A stretch of 63,780 bases of DNA, filler included, from Nemertoderma westbladi (GCA_032718475.1; 4 parts of 4 records of this genome joined end to end with filler, not necessarily neighbours in it), one strand, 5' to 3'. Positions 50,901 to 63,780 are shown, numbered from the whole stretch's first letter. Made by a program: numbers and translations. The notes: generated by a model from the letters alone, not told the origin.

Positions 50901-51879
50901 TTGCCAGTAGTCTATAGGGTGGGTGTCGAAGTAGTGTTACAATTAGCCCATCTCCCAAAGCTCCCCTACTACATATTATGGCCTGTCATTGGCAAGTGGC
51001 AAGGTCCCTTTACTTGACCAGTCATTATTGTCAGACAACTTTATTCTGCCTAATCCAGTCCCACACACCCTAGTAACCAGGCTCGGGACCAGGAAAAGAG
51101 ACAGGCATAGTGATATACACATAATAATTTAGATTCATCAGCACTGAAATTTACGTTATTCAACGATAATTATTGGTGTAACTGGGGTGAATGTTCCAAT
51201 TTTGTTAATTAATATGCCTAACAGTACACTGGAAATAATATCGCAAAGATCACTGTTTTTTCTTAATACAATAATAATTATATCTACCATTACCGTTCTT
51301 GGCTCTTATTGGACTTTGTATAGTAAGTTAGTTTACATCGTTCCACACCCATTCCATAGCAACCACAGAATAAGCTGTAACATATTTATGATAATAGGCT
51401 CAATAATAATTTGGCAAACTGTACTGGCTGGCAATCAGACAATCATACTGAAAGCTCACGAAAACATAATATGTTTGCAGAATGGTTAAGTTATTGGGAC
51501 AGGATAGAAATAAATATACAGTAATATCTGTATATATTGCAATAATAAAGTTGGAAAATTCCCTAAATAAACCTTGTCTGATATGGGAGATGCAGTCAAG
51601 GCGTACTATATACAAGACCATGCCATCGAGTTAACTGGGGGCAGTGACTGGGGGCAAGATTTTTTATACAACAATTTGATATTTTGATATGGGGAGAGTT
51701 CTATAAATTTTCATTTGCTGCAATTTGGTCAATGGACGTAATTGAAGCCTCCTCGTTAAGTAAGATACAAAATTTTATGGTAGCTAGTGTTTTAGGTAGG
51801 TTTTAGTAATTTCGACACTGGTTCCGACATCCTACTTCCTTCTATAAATATTTTGTAGTAGCTAGTTCTTATTTCTATT

Positions 51880-52346
51880 TGTATAGAAAATGTTCCAGAA
51901 GATGTTAGCTATTCATTTTAAAAAAAATTATGTTCTAGAACAAATATTTTTTGTTCTAGAACAATTTTTCAAAAAAAATGTGGATTCTATTTAAATCGCA
52001 TGGAACCGTTCTAAAACATGTTTAAAATCCATAAAATTTTTTTTTTTTTCATAATATTTTTTTCACAATTTTTTTTATTGATTTGGCAAAATTTGGTGCT
52101 GGCACCAAAATTTGGCATCCACAGAAAAAAACAAGTTTGAAATTTCTAAATTAATTTATATGAATTCCATCTAATTGCTAACACCAAAAAACCGGTGTAA
52201 ATCAAAAATAGAGATGTTACAAATCATATTTAATGGAATGTAATTTTCAAATTTTTCAAAGTTAAAATGGTGATATATCTCAAAAACTACCCAATATTTG
52301 AGGTAGGGGGTCATATTGACCCGCCCCCCGTGTTTAATAGGGTCAA
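51880..52346. mobile_element. Relative of the 970-1723 element (piggyBac-like end)
   Basis: GGGGGTCATATTGACCCGCCCCCCGTGTTTAATAGGG-TCAA, plus shared internal motifs and TTCTAGAA repeats. Confidence 0.55.
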
Positions 52347-53159
52347 GTCGGAGAGAAGAACATTAATTTCCTTTAATATCATTAATTTTGGTATAGCTGC
52401 ACGCTTTCAACATAAATTATGGTATCAATCAATCGTCACCTCGCTTTTTTGACAAAAAAAACCAATTCGTTTTATAAGTCATAATAATAGAAAGCAAACA
52501 CTTTGTGTATAGGGGTTTAGGGTATAGGGGTTTAAGTAAGTGCCACCTTAAAACTCAATTAACCTTTCATTTTGGTTTTATTTGATTATCACGATATCCG
52601 ATTTAGTAGTTTTTCCCCCATGATTCATGCAGGTAATATTAAACTGTAATATTTATTTTTACAAAACTGAATTGTTTATTTTAAACGAGTTGGTATATAT
52701 TTATTTTATTTATACATGCAGGGCAGGTGTGCCAGGCATACAAACTTAAAAATAATATCTGATTTAATTTGATAAGAATTCGTCATATTTTATTTAACAT
52801 TTTTATTATTTTTTTAATTCAACTTTCAATTATATATTTAATTAATACATATTTCACACTGTTACACGTCCTATCAATCAAATAATGACGTATTTTGCAA
52901 TTATTATATAAAAAAGGTTCATAATTTAGATTTAAATTTCCTACATATCCAACGTCAATGATTTTTTGACAAGTGACATTAAATGACAATTAACTGACAT
53001 TTTGAAATACCAATAAGACATTTGATGGTTATATCCAACTACTGGTTGTGCAAGAAATACTGTAATTATATTTTTGACATGTAAAATTAATTCGACGTGA
53101 ATTGAATATAAGGGGAACTCTGCAATATTAAATCTATTTTACATTAATAATTAAAATTA

Positions 53160-53840
53160 TACTGGGACTGAAGCTGACCGTCTCGCAGTTCCTGATCTCG
53201 GTCGGCACTCGTCTTGGGTGCAGGCTGAACAAGCCCCACAGCTGTGCCCGGTGTGGCAAGGATGTTCTGTCGGATGGCATCCATGGTCTTTCCTGCTCAA
53301 GGAGCCTCAGCAGACTTCCGCGCCACTCAATGTTGAACGACATTGTGCGCCGGGCGCTCATCAGCTGTGGCGTCCCTGCTACGCTTGAGTCACTAGGCTT
53401 GTGTAGAGGGGACGGGAAGCGATTAGATGGCGTCACCCTGGTCCCGTGGAGCTGCGGGCGGTTCCTCATGTGGGACGCGACGGTGGCGGACCCACTGGCA
53501 CCCAGCCACCTTGCCCAGACGATATCCGCCGGAGGCCGCACTGCGGAGGAAGCGGAAACTCTAAAGATCCGCAAGTACCAGGAACTCATGGACCAGGGCT
53601 AACTCTTCCACCCGGTAGCCTATGAGACCTTGGGTTGCCCCGGCCCTGAAACATCCAAGTTCCTGAAGGAGATCGGGGCAAGACTCCACTCTGTCACCCA
53701 GGAGCCCCGATCTCACCGCTTCCTCCTGCAAAGGCTGGCAATCGCCATCCTGGTTGGCAATGCGGCCCCCATTATGGGGACCATGGACCCCTCACTCACT
53801 AACAATGAGGGACTCTATGAAGTGGTCCATGGTCTCTAAT
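53160..53840 (+). mobile_element. CRE-like RLE non-LTR element C-terminus (zinc finger plus restriction-like endonuclease)
   Basis: CARCGKD..HGLSC, RHSMLNDIV, GKRLDGVTLVPW..MWDATVAD, KIRKY, PVAYETLG, QRLAIAI..GNA. One in-frame stop; GC-rich island. Confidence 0.88.
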
Positions 53841-54059
53841 ACACCCTCCCCCCCCCCCCCTCCCCCCCCCCCCCAAATAAAACAGACTAACTTACACCCC
53901 ACCCCCCCCCCCCCCCCATAGCTTTCTTATTTTGTTATTGTGAAATTTATGTTAGCTATGCTCGTTATTGTCACGTCAATAGATTGTCTTTCGTTAATAT
54001 ATTTAGAGTTTTAGGCCTAGATTAGGGCTGTATCGGTGTGTGATCTGTATGTGATCCTA

Positions 54060-54420
54060 AACAGTGAACCCAAATGGTTTGTAATGGATTTCTCGTGCCT
54101 CTGGCATGATAAGCTCCTAAAGCGGATTTGTAACTCTAAAAGTTCCAGAAAGTGCTCCTTTCACTTTCCTTACTGCTTTGGTTTCTCTGTAGCAAGACTG
54201 ACTTGAAAATAGCTTGCAGTAACACGGTCCTTCAATGACTTTTTATTTACGGACATCCACAATCCTTTCCAGATAGTACTAAAACTCAGTGATTTCTGTT
54301 CTCTCCAGATGTTATATTGCTTCCTTCTGGTATAAAAATAGTGAACTCTACCTAACAGCATAGAAAAACCTCTGGGAAGAGGAAAAATGAGAAACCGTGT
54401 GAGGAGTTCTTTGGCTCCAT
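54060..54420 (-). mobile_element. Possible DIRS/Ngaro RT-RNase H remnant
   Basis: SQSCYRETKAV resembles the SSTxRELxAV RNase H motif. Multiple frameshifts. Confidence 0.25.
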
Positions 54421-54595
54421 TAGGATAGAAAGCATAGCCTCGAAAAATAATACAATCAAAAAAATTGTAATCGAAAATTAGTACATAAAATACAGTATTT
54501 TAGTCGTTTCTTTATGCTAAAATACTCTGAAAAAATATACAAAGTTTATAGAAAAGTAGGTTATGGTTCAGTTCACGTCTGAAAAGATATAATAA

Positions 54596-55030
54596 GACTT
54601 AGACTTAGAGGATAAACCGAGGTCGCTCCACTCAGTCTATGGGCAAAGTGCACAAGCACTACTGTAATCTGACTGAGTCAAAACCTGGGAAGATTGCTGC
54701 TCCCTTGTCCTCACAACTAAACCGCCATTATCCTGGGACGAACGGAGTAGCCAGCAGGCAGAGTGCGCTAGCGCTCCAGGGGTGGTTGGCCAAAGCTCAG
54801 TTCTCAGTGGGAGCCTTACCCAAACATCCAAACACTAGGTCCCCTTAGTAGGGTATCAAAGTAAAAAGCAGTGTAGGTGTGATGCTGAGAAGCAGAGCCT
54901 AGATTAGCTGCAGAGGCTGCCATCTACTAGGCCTGTTGTTACTGACTGGTTAATTCATCCAAATGTGGCCCTTTTAAACCCGGCATCTGGGTCAATGTGA
55001 AGTTGACCCCTAATTATCACCTAATCAGAA
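54596..55030 (-). mobile_element. Probable short retroposon / LINE UTR with (TCTAAG)n tail
   Basis: GC-richer block ending on the minus strand GGTTTATCCTCTAAGTCTAAGTCT. Confidence 0.4.
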
Positions 55031-55662
55031 TCTGTCTTTCTTGTGCAATAATTACGTTACACAGTAAAACATAATTGATATTGGGTTGTTTAAGACTGAC
55101 CAATAAACATTCTCTGTCACTGTTATCTCATAGTTTATTGTATACATAAATATTCCCTGTTACTAACTAGATAAGGGTTAAAACAATGAAAATCAAGGGA
55201 TATGTTACTATATGGAGGGAGGTATTAGAATATGAGGCTCCCTTATTGGACAGTGGTAGCTTGCAGAGAGGTTGGTAATATTGCAATTATAGGTGAATAG
55301 CAAGGTGACCGGATTGGGGAGGCCGTGATATTGGGTGTAGATGGCAATGGGGTATTGCGGTTAGGGTAGGGGAAGGGAATAATATGTTGTGATTATTGCA
55401 TTTCTAAAATAGAATCTTGGGGAGCTTATTTTTGTATTATTGCCTACGGAGGCGCGAAAAATCGATTACATTGTTGAGCGAGAAGTTTTGGTCAGATTAG
55501 GTTTATGTTCTTCTAGCATTGTATGTATCATGTGCTGCTGATGACCTGGTTCTCGATATTGACTGCAACTGTGTAAAGTAACGTAAAGTAAAGTAAAGTA
55601 GATATTATTCATGGGGATTACGCACAAAATATGACGACTCAGTACAGACCCCCAAGAACAAT

Positions 55663-55765
55663 CGCCCATGTGAAGAATACCAGGATTTCACTTTTCGGTC
55701 GACTTTTTATTGGAATTTTATAATATATATAAAGATTTTTAAATTTTTTAAATTTATCTTTATTA
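55663..55765. mobile_element. End of a MITE of the 62990-63267 family, cut by gap
   Basis: CGCCCATGTGAAGAATACCAGGATTTCACTTTTCGGTCGAC is the near-identical reverse complement of 63227-63267. Confidence 0.8.
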
Positions 55766-55865
55766 NNNNNNNNNNNNNNNNNNNNNNNNNNNNNNNNNNN
55801 NNNNNNNNNTTAATTAATTAANNNNNNNNNNNNNNNNNNNNNNNNNNNNNNNNNNNNNNNNNNNN
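55766..55865. other. Assembly linker
   Basis: N44-TTAATTAATTAA-N44. Confidence 0.97.
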
Positions 55866-56459
55866 CCTATAAGCATTTAAAAAATGTGTCTCCGTCGATA
55901 TTACACCTTGTATTCAACCTTGTACTATTCAACCTTGTACTGGTTTGTTGGTACTTTAAATATGACTTCACAGGGATTCCAAATATGTAATAAAATCTAC
56001 ATTTTCTTTCGAATTGGCTGGGATATAATAAACTTTCGAAGGTTGCATGCTTTTCGTCAGCGCAAGGCTGTTATATTATTATATTCAATGAATATATTTA
56101 ATTAATTGCATTGGTCGCTAAAACAATTACTTTTTCCGTTTACCAGCCTTCTCTCAGCAGGATAGTAACACAATATTGGGGAGTCACTTAAGGTTCCTCC
56201 ATGTATTAAACCGTGCTAAGCACGATGAACTGCGTCTCTGACAATTCGCCCCCTAGCGGCAGACAGATGAACTATAAAAGTCTGTCTGTGTGTAGAATTT
56301 ATAAATAACCAATGCTCGTAGGTTGCTACTACTACTAACAAATTTCAGATGAATCTGATGGTTGGTTCTATAATTACAGCTTATTTTACGTTTCTGTCAA
56401 TTCGCCCCCGAGCGGCAGACAGACGAACTCTAATCTTTAACGTTTTCGAGCGAGCTCAG

Positions 56460-56731
56460 ACAGTGGAAAAGGAGATCCTTCCAGGCTTCCCGATTCTCCA
56501 TAGTTGTCGCAATTTCGTTTCTCCCAAGTTCAGTATCCCTTTCAAGTTGATCTATATATGTTATGGCCGGTCGTCCACGACTACGCTTTCCATGAGTTGG
56601 TTGCCAGAAAAGTAGATCTGGTATGACCTCGTCTTTACTTCGCCAGCAGTGCCCACTGAATCTTAATCTACGTTCACGGAGAATGGGTGATACAGGTGCT
56701 ATTCCACCATAAATCTCGTCGTTTGTCATGA
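56460..56731 (-). mobile_element. RTE-like family B 3' fragment
   Basis: RERRLRFSGHCWRSKDEVIPDLLFWQPTHGKRSRGRPAITYIDQL, matching 41515-41765. Confidence 0.88.
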
Positions 56732-56863
56732 GTTTATTATTATTAATTATGTAAAGTCGACAATGATGGTTGGTAAAAAAAGATTGATTACGGTATCCTA
56801 TACTGTTAGTTAGCTCTTTACCTATTAATTACAGTGGTGACTTGACATGACATAATAATTGAG

Positions 56864-57931
56864 GTCCGTTAATGCGTTATGTGCACCCGTGCGCATTGTA
56901 TGGCATTCCTGCTAGTGCGAACCTAAATTCCTTGGTTTTGACACAAAGTGCGATTTGCGCACCGGCACCGCACCACATACCGTTACATGTCCCGAAGTGC
57001 GACATGCGCACCCGTGATCATTTTTTTGACTTCATTTTAATCATTGATGTTAATTGTTTTGCATTTCGGCTTTCCCATCATGTTATGCCTCATCAGCATT
57101 AGGCAATAATTCTACAAAAAACTGCATCTCAGTAGCTGCTCCCAGTCTATAGTGATCCACCAATGAAGTATTCCAAAATAGTCCAATTAATATATGAGAT
57201 TGCTTTGGGTTGTAGATCAGTTTTAGTTTTGGATCGGATTTTAAAATGTTTCTTTCAAATTTCTAGATAAATGTAACTATTTTCGGACATTTAAACTGTC
57301 CATTATTGTTTGTCTGTCCGTCACAGCAAACACTTTGATGCTATAAATCTGGCTACATTTTATTTGCACTGCTATTTTTATTTGAAATGCCTGTGTCACG
57401 CAAATATGACTATAACCTGTGCGATTATCAATTGTCCGTTATCTATCTGTCTGCTCTTCATTTGTATATGTCTATCTTGTTTTATTATATTATTATATTG
57501 CAAGAGAATATTTAAATGTTGCCCACCAAATCTTTTAATAATAATACTAATCAATATCTGTGTATTATATTACAGACATTGATTATTACACCTGATCATT
57601 TTAAATTTCCTTCAATATCACTGCAATAACCTCTTATTTGTGAACCGGTGCGTATTCCGCATTACAGTTATATTATATTGTCGTAGTGCGAAAAACGCAC
57701 CGGTGCTCATACCTAAAAAAATCATATGTGACATAAGTTGACGCCATGGAAACCAGATATGACGTCAGTTTTTATAAAAAAAAAATGACTCATTACGTCA
57801 CTATACATATCCGCACTACAGGAAAACACGAAATTTTTCTCCCGCATTTCAGGACTGCACAAGAAATGCGCACCGGTGCTCAAACCACATTTTCTATCCG
57901 ATTGGGTGTTTATTGTTCCGCATTAACGGGA
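56864..57931. mobile_element. Non-autonomous TIR element with GCGCACCG subterminal repeats
   Basis: CCGTTAATGCG...CACCC at the left is inverted with GGGTG...CGCATTAACGG at the right. GCACCG motifs repeat near both ends. Confidence 0.55.
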
Positions 57932-57939
57932 ATGTTTGA

Positions 57940-58250
57940 AATGCGCACCCTGGGTTTTGTGGATCGAGATTCCAGATAACCTTTTTGGATGTCTCGGTTT
58001 TCAATCCTCTCGTTCCGACCAATGCAGCAATGACACTAGAGGGCGCCCATCTCCACCATGAGGCGCGGAAGCGGGGTCGTTATGAAGAACGAGTCAGGGA
58101 AGTCGAGCTGGCGACCTTCACGCCACTGATCATGTCTGCTTTCGGGGGAATCTCACCAGCCACGGCGCAGTTCTTCAAACACCTTGCTGTTCTGTTGGCG
58201 GATAAGCGGGAGATCAGCTACGCAGGGTGCGTTACCTGGATCCGACAACA
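57940..58250 (+). mobile_element. CRE-like RLE domain fragment
   Basis: FLDVSVFNP..HEARKRGRYEERVREVELATFTPLIMSAFGG. Confidence 0.85.
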
Positions 58251-58926
58251 CATAATATAAATTATGTTAAAACAAATATGGCCTATTGAGGCAAGTGACC
58301 AAATTATACACAGGATTATGAATTTATATGCAAAGGTAATACTATTTCCTACCCCTTAAGAATGTGTTCCAGAACTTTTTTAATCACAGAGCTCATATTT
58401 CATGTTATAGAGTGTACTAGAGTTAAATTATTTTTCAAAATTAATTCATTAACTAATCAACATAAATTTTACATTATTGGTTGTATGGGGTCGAGACTGA
58501 TTACAACTATGAACCACACCAGATTTTGTGTTTGGGTTCATTGATAAATTTGCTGGGATCCGCTTTTTACAAATGCACGATTTAGTCTCATGTTACTAAC
58601 TGTGATCGGAGCTGAATTGCAACAAAAAAATTTCCTCTCGGACCATTGTCACAATTGTAATTGCCCTCCAATACAATAGATCCGGGAAAATTTACCGGAG
58701 GTCAATTGCCCGGTGGACAATTGCACAACGAACTATTACCCCTAAGGACATTTTAATCATCACTTTTTTATCAATAATTTTATGAGCAATTAATACAATT
58801 TTTTGGACCTTTTTGCAGTCATATAGCTAGCTAACTGAGGATTTTAAAACACATAATTCATGATTATACTTTAGATTTATATAAACGGGATAAGGATGAA
58901 GCAAAAAATAAAATTAATTGCAATTT

Positions 58927-60460
58927 TGTAGGCTATCTTAAGATCTTCTCTCTTACAAGTAACCTCAGAGTTTTACCATGGCACATACTGTTTTCGTTTG
59001 GGTTTCTGGGGGATATGGCTCTTAGCTGATTCCTTGTGGGCTGTTATTATATTCTGGTATATTGAATTGGTGGATTGGTCTTCATCCATTGACTGAAGTG
59101 CTTCAAAGCGGTTTTGAACTTCTACTGTATAAGCATCCTTTACAGCATTGTCAATTCTGAGTTTTTCCCAGTCATATTTGATTTGCTTGCTTGTCCTGGG
59201 TTTGCTGGCTCTCAAACTGAGTCTGATCTCTGCAGTCACAATTCTGTGGTCCGAACCAATTAGGTTGAACGAGCTGTATGCCTCGCAGTTGATCATGCTG
59301 TTTCTCCACTTTTTGTTTATGAGGATGTAATCCAGTTGTGCTTTGGTTCCATTAGGGTATTGAAAGGTCCATAGCTTCCCCTTACTCTTTTCGAATGTGT
59401 TGTTTGTTGGTATCAATTCACATTCTTCCATTAGGTCTAAAAGTAAGTACCCATTTCTGTTAGAACTGGTGTTATAGGTGTAACCCTTGATGTCTTCTGG
59501 GCCAATTTGGGCATTCAAGTCACCAGCAATGACTTTAACATTTTGTTTCGGAATGTCCTTTATAAGTCCAGTCAGTTCTTCATAAAACTTGACTGCTTGT
59601 TCTGGCTCTGAGGCATTGGTTGGACTGTAGCAACATATAACTGTTGCCTTGGGATTCCCATCAAATGTTGCGATCATAACCCTGGAATTTATAGATTCGA
59701 TGTTGTTTAGGGTCTTAAGTGCAAATGGGCTTAGCAGAATTCCTACTCCACCAATTGATGCCTTGGCCGAGTTTCTTACTGCTGAGCTTGTTACTAACGT
59801 CCATCCATTTCCAATGTCATTGTACTTCATGGCAGTGTCTTCATGACAAATCCGATGTTCTTGGATGCAGATGATGTCAATGTTATATTCCATTGCCAGA
59901 GCGACCATGACACCCTGTTTGGTTTGTGCTTTCAGCGTGCGTGCGTTCATTGTAGCAATCTTTAGTGTCTTTTTACATTTCAACAGGTTGGTTCTTCTTT
60001 CTTCTCGGTCTTCTGTTCCAGTAGCCAATTTATCGACCCCAGCCTGGTGTACCACTGGGGGACGCGGTCCTTGTTGACCCGGGCGACGACCGAACCGGTA
60101 TTTCTCCTGGAGGGTTCTCATACTCATATCTTTCAGTTGCGGGAGTAAACCGCTTGTGGTCGCAACTCCTACAAGCGTCTTCGCAGTAGATCGCCGTTGG
60201 TTGATTACCTTCCGCCGACCTTTTCAGCATGTCTAGCCGTTGGTTGATTACCTTCCGCCTATCCATGGCCTACAGCCCTGCTGCCGACTGTAAGGGTCCT
60301 TTAGTTACACCCTGAACCAAGTGTGCCTCCTGGGTTAGGTTACCTAACACTGGTAGAGGAGCATCCAGTATAGACAGAGCGGGGCATGTATCATCTCTAT
60401 TGGAGATGCGTATCAAGCCTTTGCCTTCAATGGTGCCCTAGGCGGTATAGCCCTCAATGA
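58927..60460 (-). mobile_element. RTE-like family B 5' half: 5' UTR plus intact APE endonuclease ORF (60127-58973)
   Basis: ATMNARTL, CIQEHR, GGVGILLS, CYSPTN, GDLNA, LDYIL, SDHRIV. Premature stop where the 38.5-kb copy has CAA. Confidence 0.92.
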
Positions 60461-60699
60461 CTTATTTAGTTGACGGGGCTGAACCAACCCACTCTTGATC
60501 AACTAAATAATGAATACTGTAGGCTATGCTTATCGGGCCTGCCCTACTGGGCTGGCAGCTACAGGTAGTACCACATTACTGCCATAGTGGTAGCAGGATC
60601 TGGTGACCTGACCTGACCTGAACAATATAGTAATATAAAGTATAAATAATAGTATAAGGGATGCGGTGCCGGCAGTGTCTACTGACCTCTTCAGTAGAT

Positions 60700-61200
60700 G
60701 TGGTTTCAGACGAGAAATAAAGATCAGTTTCTTAAACTGAGATCATGCTGAAGATACAGCCTCCACGCCTTCAATATCGCTGGTTTCAACTGTTACAGGC
60801 CGACGTCGCTTCTGTACCAAAGAGAAAGGGCATTAAACATTTTTCACTGGATTTCTATTGCCTGTCGGACATCAATGTGTTTAAGAACCCTGACTAGAAA
60901 CATTCAAACTACAACTCGTTCATAGTCAAACCGCCTACTGAGGAAGCGTATAATAAACTTATAGACCCTGCAGCTTGGCCAAAGGGTGTTTTCGTAAAAT
61001 GGTACTGGGCTAATAATGCTGGTAACAGAGGGGTTGCAAATGACTCCGACGCCTGAATTGACCTTCGGCTATTATGCCCAGATGGTTATAATGTGAATCA
61101 ATATTATTATTAGTTCATATATACTTTATATTTGTAGTTTAAACTTTCACATCAGCAAAATGGAAGTTTGTTCCTATAACTGTGCTGGATTAAATAATAT
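60700..61200 (+). mobile_element. LINE ORF1 C-terminus and ORF2 start (L2/Jockey/CR1-group), truncated
   Basis: YNSFIVK..KLIDPAAWPKGVFVKW (ORF1 SFK..WPxGV motif), then MEVCSYNCAGL (APE motif I) at 61160. Confidence 0.65.
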
Positions 61201-61439
61201 TCGAGGAAATAATAATATTGGAGGAAATGTGTCCAATATTCCGACAATCTTCAATATTCTTCAATCCGACAATATTCCGATCGAATTCCCTGTGATCAGT
61301 TATCCTAGTCCCGACAATGATCACCTCAATGTTATCCACTCCTTTTGTTCTTTCTTTGAAACTATTATTTTTTATTTTTTCCTGTTTATCATTGTGTTAA
61401 TCTTCATTGGATTATTGTTTCAAAAAATAAATAATAACA

Positions 61440-61805
61440 GCGATTAACTGATTTTCGTAGTGGGAGTCCCCTTGATTATGTGTACCGGTATGGTTGCTAC
61501 CCAAATCCACAGCCGGCGGTTTTCCTGAAAAGGGAAATAATTAAGAATTAATTTGATTATTTTTGTTGCAGGATTGTTCACAATTATCTCATCTGGAGGC
61601 TTGTAGATAACAACATTGAATACCTTTCTTCTCCCTTCCAACAAGCTCGCTCCGCACTATTCTACTTGCTCCCAAGCCATTCATCATCGCGGGAAGTTTC
61701 CCCTTATTGGCGACACTGTGTGGCAATTACTAACAAACATTTGGGCCTCGCGTTGGGTTCCTTGTATGTCCGCCAGAGCTATCAAGTTGAAACCAAACAT
61801 GAGGT
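61440..61805 (-). mobile_element. Degenerate APE endonuclease fragment
   Basis: GFNLI..D, VVIYKPPD and HIIKG motifs. Confidence 0.5.
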
Positions 61806-62299
61806 AATGTTAAAATGTCATTTATTTTAGAATCTCGAATCATATTTAAAATTTATTGTCAAGGTACAGAATACAGAATCAATAGTACAAAATCTTACCG
61901 GTAGGTACTGTATCTAAACATAGTTTTTATTTTGTGGCTAAAATTTAAATAATCTGTCTAGAAGTTTTATTCAGCAACCCTCAACGATGCCTTTATTCAA
62001 ATTTGAAGTATTAGCATTTATACTGGAAATCTTTAAAAAAATAACGGGAAATTCAAATTGGTATTTCTTCCTTGAAAATCATATTAAAAGGAACAACTGA
62101 TTCATTTGTATATATAGTTTCAATGCATATTAAAAATCTTTAAACCTCCAAAACTGGAAGTGTTTCCAAAAATTCCCCCCTCCTTATCACCGGAATTTTT
62201 CGTATGAAAAAGGTGTGCATGTTCTATTTTGGAATCCAGAAACTTTACTACTAACAACAATTATCTTAAATATTTAATACAGTGTATTGATTTATATAG

Positions 62300-62476
62300 C
62301 TAGAGAACATGATTAATGCAATGAAACGGTATTTCGTCTCGAAATTGGACTCTATTAAATGGCTCGATGAGTTTTCAAGGGAAGCTGTTAAAATCAAACT
62401 CAACAATTTGGGAATGGGAATCGGGTTCCCAGAATTTATATTAAATGAAGCAAAAGTTCGCGACTACTATTATCAG
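62300..62476 (+). CDS. M13 metallopeptidase (neprilysin/ECE family) internal exon, 59 codons
   Basis: TATAG acceptor and CAG|GTAAGT donor. LENMINAMKRYFVSKLDSIKWLDEFSREAVKIKLNNLGMGIGFPEFI fits WMDxxTKxxAxEK..IGYP. Confidence 0.88.
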
Positions 62477-62637
62477 GTAAGTTACCATTGTATGTATACA
62501 TTTTGAATATGAACAAACAGTACTAGTGTATGTAATAGTTAATAATGTAAGTTGATCCTCACACAATCCTGGGCCGTTAATAATATATGTTACGGGCTTT
62601 CATTCCGTCTTTAAAACTCCCTGTCCCTAACACTTAA

Positions 62638-63681
62638 GGGGGGTAGCACCCCCAAATTGAACCTCACATTTTTGCGTCTCTGGACCCTAAAATTGGGTGA
62701 GAATTTTTTTTTGTCCTACTAAACATCGTCTCGACTGTGTAAGAATAACCAAACCAAATAAATATTTTGAAGATTGGCCCCAAAATACCTCTGTATTGGC
62801 CAAAAGTGCCTTTTTGCGCCAAGGGCTATTTCTCCACCAATATTTGTTGGAATTTGTCGAAATTTTGAATATAAAAGTTCAGAAGAACCCTGCATCCAAT
62901 TCTTCTGAACAAATTTTGCCTCAAATGCTGGAGTCTTTAAAATGGCTTTTTTTGGGCCTTTATAATATAAAAGGCTCCAGGGCATTTCCGGCCCATGTGA
63001 AGAATACCAGACTTTCTGCCGTTATATTTCACTTTGCAGTTACTCCCATGTGAAGAATACCAGGTTTTCTCCAAAACCGCAGGTTACAGAAGCGCTGAAT
63101 CTAACCAAAACAATAAACGAATTAGTATATGTACAGGTTATAAGACAGAAATAAGCGCTATAAAACACTTAATAAAGATAAATTTAAAAAAATAAAAAAT
63201 CTTCATATAAAAAATTCCAATAAAAAGTCGACCGAAAAGTGAAATCCTGGTATTCCTCACATGGGCGGCATTTCCAACCAACTTTGTTCAGAAGAAGTAG
63301 AAGGGTAATCTTAACAAGTGTACCGAATTTCAACTCATTTCAGTAAAAATTGGCGGATAAATAGCCTTTTTCATGAAAAACGTCATTCTGAGATATGGGT
63401 GTTTAAAGTTTAAGGAACAATTCAAACCTTCCCGCTATTTTAGATATTTTTCTATGTTCAACAATAACTTTGTCAAATTGTACACGTTTGTACACAATAA
63501 TAATTGTACATGTACAATTGTAAAATATAGTGCTGCAATAATTTAGTGCTAATTACTTGAGTTTGAGAAAAGATCTGAGAAAACTGCTTGCAGATTTGAA
63601 ATCTCCATTAAGTTCGGCACATGATAGAATATAAAAAGTTTTTTTGTTGTCAATTTCCAAAATATGGGGGTGCTACCCCCC
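62638..63681. mobile_element. TIR element (Kolobok-like), 17-bp TIR
   Basis: TTAA|GGGGGGTAGCACCCCCA ... TGGGGGTGCTACCCCCC. No right-hand TTAA is seen. Confidence 0.65.
62990..63267. mobile_element. 278-bp MITE with 8-bp TSD (Merlin/hAT-like), nested
   Basis: TSD GCATTTCC at 62982-62989 and 63268-63275. TIR GCCCATGTGARGAATACCAG, with an extra internal TIR copy at ~63045. Confidence 0.8.
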
Positions 63682-63780
63682 GGGTAACTTGTCTTTACTC
63701 GACCTAAACTCCTAAAGGACTTGACCAGACAGAAAGTTATCTACCAATGGTTATTTAAGTACATTGGTTGACTATCCTGT

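Noticed and set aside
36031-62476. ABCA exon, caspase-like remnant and neprilysin exon as a functional gene cluster
   Set aside because: They lie in different segments separated by artificial linkers, so linkage cannot be inferred.

Overview
Eukaryotic (almost certainly invertebrate metazoan) AT-rich, repeat-dense genomic DNA. It consists of four segments joined by artificial 100-nt linkers (44 N + TTAATTAATTAA + 44 N at 19894-19993, 42860-42959, 55766-55865), so adjacency across linkers is unproven. Segment 1 holds the 3' end of an RTE-like LINE, a probable signal-peptide exon, and an ~18-kb satellite of palindrome-rich 83-bp units (~216 copies). The rest is a nested TE graveyard: RTE-like, CRE-like (RLE) and L2/CR1-group LINEs, BEL/Pao fragments, a Penelope-like element with an inverted pLTR and hammerhead motifs, and many MITEs. 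Host-gene pieces are an ABCA-transporter first coding exon, an M13/neprilysin-family exon and a decayed caspase-like sequence. The most notable observation is a 340-bp TSD-flanked insertion (38862-39201). It carries a tRNA-like Pol III head fused directly to a core-intact type I hammerhead ribozyme, enclosed by 22-bp inverted repeats, and its stem III matches that of the Penelope pLTR hammerhead. All family assignments are by eye from motifs; no searches were run.
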